Below, piece by piece: positions 59,564-64,000 of a stretch of 64,000 nucleotides of DNA (the first letter of the stretch is position 1; each line of letters starts with the position of its first letter). The DNA lies in the IMG/VR virus record IMGVR_UViG_3300025327_000013; one strand, given 5' to 3'. This DNA comes from an uncultured virus (IMG/VR IMGVR_UViG_3300025327_000013) (taxonomy: Duplodnaviria; Heunggongvirae; Uroviricota; Caudoviricetes). Below the pieces are notes generated by a model. It ran no database searches. It was not told the origin of the DNA and saw only the letters and a list, made by a program, of their open reading frames with translations. The position numbers and the translations under genes are program-made.

Positions 59564-60583
59564 ATGCCAAAAGGATATGTCACATCTGACATGATCGACC
59601 TCAATGAGCTGTGGTATGCAGGCGGTGGTATCGCCGCTGCCGTCGATCAGTATCAAGCGGTCGAGATGCCGCTACTAAACGCACTCGCATTGCCGTGGCC
59701 GGAAAACATCATGAAGTACGGCATCAGCGAACGGAACGGATTCCAGGTCCTCGGGCCTGGGGAACGGCCAGACCGCAAGTACGTCGTAGAAGCGACGATG
59801 TACCCCGTCGTGACGAAGTATGGCTACGGCGTGGGGACGGATCTCGATACCCTGCAACGCTCCAGCGCGCGGCAGATCATGCTCGCCATGAACCGGCCGA
59901 TGCTGGAGGATCCTGAGCACATCCTGACGCGCATTCTCAAACTTCTAATGACGAACCCAGGTACCAGTAATGCTGGGTACGGATTCTGGAACGGGCAGTA
60001 CGCGGCAGAGGAAATTATCACGCATCCGCCGGCCTATCAACAGCAGACGTTTGCGGCTGGCCACAACCACTTCTTGGTGTCGCTCACGGCCAGCACACTC
60101 GTGCTCAAAGACATCACCGCGATGAAGCAGACAATCCGGCATCACGGGGCCAAGGGCACACTGCTTGGTTTCATCAATTCCGATACCGCGATGGCGATCG
60201 AGAACCTTGCGCTCTTTACCGTCGGCAGCACGGCGCTGGTGCGTTCGCCTGTATCGGATACCGTTGCGGTCGACGGCTTCGGGGAAAGCTTCAGGCTGCT
60301 CGGTGTCGACTGGTACGTCACGGAACTCGTGCCGGCCAACTACGTCCTCATGGTCGAAGGCAATTCTGCCGAGACTGAGCGGCCGTTGATCATGTACGAG
60401 CCCGCCGCGATGCGGGGGCTCAGGCTGCATCCAGGGCCGATGAACGACTATCCGCTCATCGAGTCCTTCTGGGATCGGTGGTTTGGATTCAAGGTCGCCA
60501 GGCGCGGTTCCGGTGCTGCGCTCTGGTTTGGTGCGCACGTCGGGACGTATACGTCGCCGACATTCTCGTTCACGGCGTCGTAA
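59564..60583 (+). CDS. major capsid protein
   Basis: 339 aa, strong RBS, GE.P E-loop-like motif, canonical position, followed by a GC hairpin (60599-60625). Confidence 0.75.
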   Translation: MPKGYVTSDMIDLNELWYAGGGIAAAVDQYQAVEMPLLNALALPWPENIMKYGISERNGFQVLGPGERPDRKYVVEATMYPVVTKYGYGVGTDLDTLQRSSARQIMLAMNRPMLEDPEHILTRILKLLMTNPGTSNAGYGFWNGQYAAEEIITHPPAYQQQTFAAGHNHFLVSLTASTLVLKDITAMKQTIRHHGAKGTLLGFINSDTAMAIENLALFTVGSTALVRSPVSDTVAVDGFGESFRLLGVDWYVTELVPANYVLMVEGNSAETERPLIMYEPAAMRGLRLHPGPMNDYPLIESFWDRWFGFKVARRGSGAALWFGAHVGTYTSPTFSFTAS

Positions 60584-60659
60584 GGACTGACAACGGATGC
60601 CCCGGCGTGAGTAATCCGCCGGGGCCGTAAGATCAATCAAGCAATGAGAGGAGTGTGCG

Positions 60660-61010
60660 ATGAGAACACATCAGAGGGAGAGGGTGAAGGAGCATCTGAT
60701 CGATCCGCGTCAATGGCGTGTCATCGGTCAATTGCGGCACCATGACGTGACGTACGGCACGGCAGAACCGCTGCCGGATATCACGGTGACTGAAGCGGCG
60801 CTGTACGAAAAGCAAGGCACATTGATGCGGGTGAGCGATACGGCACTCGCAGAATCATATCTTGAAGGGCCTGATGTGGCGGTGCTGCAGACTGTGCTCG
60901 ACAAGAAACCGGATGAACGAGTGCTGAATCAGATGCTTACACTGGCGCAAAGGAATTCGCGATCCAAGGTGCTTGAATTGGCGCTGACCATTGCCAGGGG
61001 GAGTGCATAG
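60660..61010 (+). CDS. hypothetical protein after the capsid gene
   Basis: GAGGAG RBS; coupled to the GT fusion. Confidence 0.5.
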   Translation: MRTHQRERVKEHLIDPRQWRVIGQLRHHDVTYGTAEPLPDITVTEAALYEKQGTLMRVSDTALAESYLEGPDVAVLQTVLDKKPDERVLNQMLTLAQRNSRSKVLELALTIARGSA

Positions 61011-63322
61011 TGCCACGTGTGCTGATCGTCAGCGATAGCCCGGCGGTGAGTTCTGGCATGGGCCGCGTGGTGCGTGAACTCGCGCCGCGATTCACGGCCG
61101 ACGGATTTTCGGTCGGGGTCGCTGGGTGGTTTGACCTTGACGCTCCTGCCATGGACTTCGATTATCCAGTTTTCCCAATTCAGAAGCACGAACCGGCGAG
61201 CCTGCAACCGTATCTCGAGCACTTTGCGCCGGATCTCGTGGTGGCGATCGGGGATCCGTGGGACTGGGCGTGGCTTGTCAATCATCGGTTGCAGACCGGC
61301 GGATACAAGCTCGTCGGCTACCTAAATGTCGAAAGTGCTCCATTGCCCATGCTGTGTGAACGTATTCTCGACGGTTTCGATGCCGTGTGTACCTCTAGCC
61401 AGTACGGTGCCCGTGCGATCGGCCGGCCTGGCGTGACTGCGATTCATTACGGCGTCGATACGGAGACGTTCTTTCCCATGCCGCCACCGTCCAAGGTGTT
61501 GTTTGGGAAGCCATTGGATCAGACATTCACGGTGCTGATCAACGGGCAAAATACATTTCGAAAGAACTTGGGCGCATCCATGGCGGGATTCCTGCAGTTC
61601 GCTCGCGGGAAGCCGGATGTCCTGGCGTACTTCAATACCGTCGCTAGGCCAGGTCCGAACGATGCACCCGGGACGGACCTCGTGGATCTGTCTATTCAGC
61701 TCGAGGCTGAGAAACTCGTTTGGTTCAATCCAGACAACCATGGACCGATCAAGACCATTGACGATACGGCCTTGAACGGACTCTATGGGATTGCCTCCGT
61801 TCTGCTCTCAACTTCTGTCGGCGAAGGATTCGGGCTTCCGGTCCTCGAGGCGATGGCCTGTGGCGTTGTTCCGGTAGTTCCGCAAGATTTCAGTATGCCG
61901 GAAATCATCGGAACGGAACCGGGTCAGTACATCCAACACGCCCGCGGTATTGGGATCCCGGTGCATGCGTACATTCCGACGCTCCAGGGTCAGCGGGTGC
62001 CGGTGGTCGCTGACGCGGACATTGCGGATGCGCTCCAAGCTGCCTACGACGCATGGCGTCATATGCGCGCAATGTCCAATCTCGATGGGGATACGACCAG
62101 CTTCGGCGTGATGCGCACAAACGGTCTTGAATTCGCGCGGAGCAAGACCTGGGATCGGACGTATACGCAATTCGTTACTGTGTGCCTAGACTCCTTGCGG
62201 ACGCCGCGGTCGCGGATGGCGGTGGGCCGACCCATCGAGCCAGCTATCCGACTCTTTGGACGCCGGACAGCCAAACGGCATCCGGAGGCTTTTGGCGTGC
62301 TCAAGATGGGCGGGTTGGGTGACATGCTGCAGGCCACGGCCGTTATCCGGGCTGCGGCGCTCAAGTCAGGACGCAAGGCCGTAGTTTTCTGCAACGCCCA
62401 TGCGGACGTGTTTCTGGCCATGCCAGAGGTGGTTGAAACTGTGCAACTCGCTCCCATGCCCCAGCAAATGGCAGCAGACAGCCTAGCAGACGAGTTTCCG
62501 CTCTTCCTGGACGTCCGGTACGTCTCGAGGGCCTACGGCCTCTGGAAGCCCACGGCGTTCTTTGAGAAGCATCAGTGGTTTTATGACCACTGGACGCCGT
62601 CCTCAAATCGCCTGGCGACCCTTGGGATGCACAGTACGCAAATCATGCTGGATAGTTTGGGGCTCGAGGGGCCGATTTGGCCGGTCTATGAACCTCGGGC
62701 TGAGCCGTCGCTGGATCGCGCTGCGTGGCCAGTCGAGCCCTACGTGGTCTTGGCGACCGGTGTCGGTGCTATGGGAGGGCTCAAGCGCTGGCCGGCGGAG
62801 CGCTGGACCGCGCTCGCCCGTGCTCTTCACCTGGACGGACTTCACCTTGTGCATGTCGGCGGCACTGGGGATGACGCGGTGGATGGCATTGACTTTGATT
62901 ACCGTGGTGCAAGCCTACCTGAGACCGCGTGGATCCTTGAGCATGCGCAAGCGCTAATTGCCGTGGAAGGTGGGATTGCACACTTGGCCGCTGCGGTCAT
63001 GCGGCCTTTTTGGGGACCGGATGGGCAGAAGGTGCCCAACGGACAATTCATTGGAGTGATCTTCGGGCCAACGCCCACTAGGCCTTTTCTCTATCCAGGC
63101 CACACCGCTCTCGTACTCCCAGAATTCTGTACCCCATGCTGGCAGGTCGAACCGAATTGGAAGCACGCCAAATGCTCAATCGGAGCACCGAGTTGTGTGA
63201 ACTTCCCGTCGGTGGCGGATGTCCTCTCTACGGTAACGCTGTATCTGCCGCGTGTGACCCGAACATCCTTTTCTTCTCCCAGTACGGCGCATGCCCTGCA
63301 TATGGAAATGATACCGAAATGA
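61010..63322 (+). CDS. GT4 + GT9 (heptosyltransferase-like) fusion
   Basis: GT4: RKN, GEGFGLPVLEAMACG; GT9: GGLGDML, KRWP.ERW, EGG.AHLAAAV..IFGPT. Confidence 0.88.
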   Translation: MPRVLIVSDSPAVSSGMGRVVRELAPRFTADGFSVGVAGWFDLDAPAMDFDYPVFPIQKHEPASLQPYLEHFAPDLVVAIGDPWDWAWLVNHRLQTGGYKLVGYLNVESAPLPMLCERILDGFDAVCTSSQYGARAIGRPGVTAIHYGVDTETFFPMPPPSKVLFGKPLDQTFTVLINGQNTFRKNLGASMAGFLQFARGKPDVLAYFNTVARPGPNDAPGTDLVDLSIQLEAEKLVWFNPDNHGPIKTIDDTALNGLYGIASVLLSTSVGEGFGLPVLEAMACGVVPVVPQDFSMPEIIGTEPGQYIQHARGIGIPVHAYIPTLQGQRVPVVADADIADALQAAYDAWRHMRAMSNLDGDTTSFGVMRTNGLEFARSKTWDRTYTQFVTVCLDSLRTPRSRMAVGRPIEPAIRLFGRRTAKRHPEAFGVLKMGGLGDMLQATAVIRAAALKSGRKAVVFCNAHADVFLAMPEVVETVQLAPMPQQMAADSLADEFPLFLDVRYVSRAYGLWKPTAFFEKHQWFYDHWTPSSNRLATLGMHSTQIMLDSLGLEGPIWPVYEPRAEPSLDRAAWPVEPYVVLATGVGAMGGLKRWPAERWTALARALHLDGLHLVHVGGTGDDAVDGIDFDYRGASLPETAWILEHAQALIAVEGGIAHLAAAVMRPFWGPDGQKVPNGQFIGVIFGPTPTRPFLYPGHTALVLPEFCTPCWQVEPNWKHAKCSIGAPSCVNFPSVADVLSTVTLYLPRVTRTSFSSPSTAHALHMEMIPK

Positions 63323-63522
63323 TTTTGTCATGATACGACGGCTCAGTATCGCCTACCTCGTTGCCGTATTGACGTGGGGGTTTACGCTGTCCATTGGGGA
63401 TTCGACGTTTCGCGTGTGTGGATTTACAACACGCGATAAATGCTGGAGTGTACATAAGACGCTGACCGACGCATTCCCTGAATGGATCCTCGGTCACTGT
63501 GAACGTGAACCGCTGGTGCGAC

Positions 63523-63999
63523 GTGGCTAACACGGATCTGGGCAGCCTTGAGCCGCAATTGATTGAAGAACTCGGTGGCGAGGACCTGGCGCCCGGCGTC
63601 CTCCGTCGGATGAACCTCCTTATCCAGGCGGTACCGGATTTCAACGCCGCCACGCACGTAGCCTTTGGGTTGGCTGGTACAACGCTTGATCGCGAAGCCT
63701 CGCCCATGGAATCCCGCGCGATCGTGCTCTTTGCGGCACTGAAATATCTTCGCGGGATGGCCATTGTGTCTGCTGGCATGGCACTCAGTCACACGAACGT
63801 CGCCGGCCGTACGGACACCTCGGGTCAGCCGCGTGCGTACGAGCGGCGCATTGAATCGGTTGAGGCACGGTTGGCGGCGGTCATGGAACGTCTAACTGAC
63901 CACGCCATTGCTGGAGAAACCGTGGCGGCCGAGTTGGGAGAGACCAAAGACTTGCTTACGAGTCTCCCATCAACGTCGTGGTGGGATTGGCGCTGGTAA
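63523..63999 (+). CDS. putative head-tail adaptor
   Basis: helical ~158-aa protein downstream of the capsid gene; synteny only. Confidence 0.4.
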   Translation: MANTDLGSLEPQLIEELGGEDLAPGVLRRMNLLIQAVPDFNAATHVAFGLAGTTLDREASPMESRAIVLFAALKYLRGMAIVSAGMALSHTNVAGRTDTSGQPRAYERRIESVEARLAAVMERLTDHAIAGETVAAELGETKDLLTSLPSTSWWDWRW

Positions 64000-64000
64000 A

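Noticed and set aside
1..64000. tRNA/rRNA genes and replication genes
   Set aside because: No cloverleaf or T-loop signature and no polymerase, helicase or primase motifs were recognised by eye; tRNAscan-SE and HMM searches would be needed to exclude them.

Overview
The window is about 64 kb of a large tailed dsDNA phage or prophage genome, read in standard code. The host is probably diderm, judging from the holin, SLT endolysin and spanin-like genes. Layout: (1) 1-7600, a leftward block of small hypothetical genes punctuated by a repeated palindrome. (2) About 7600-8760, a non-coding divergence region. (3) 8760-15500, a rightward array of small, translationally coupled, Cys-rich genes built from shared sequence boxes. 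(4) 16600-21300, a lysis module interrupted by a tnpB. (5) 22800-38800, a possible TerS, an MTase, a GT and adhesin/fibre genes. (6) An intein-containing TerL and a probable portal. (7) About 13 kb of glycosyltransferase, O-methyltransferase and sugar-dehydratase genes interleaved with homing endonucleases. (8) Protease-scaffold, decoration protein, major capsid protein, a GT4-GT9 fusion and a head-tail adaptor. The most notable observations are two covarying twister-ribozyme-like motifs bracketing one gene (predicted 1024-nt excised, possibly circularisable mRNA), a left-end-less tnpB that appears inserted into a start codon and rebuilds that start at its right end, a box-mediated gene-shuffling array, and a very large candidate virion-glycosylation system. 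All calls are by eye from motifs and synteny. No database searches were run.
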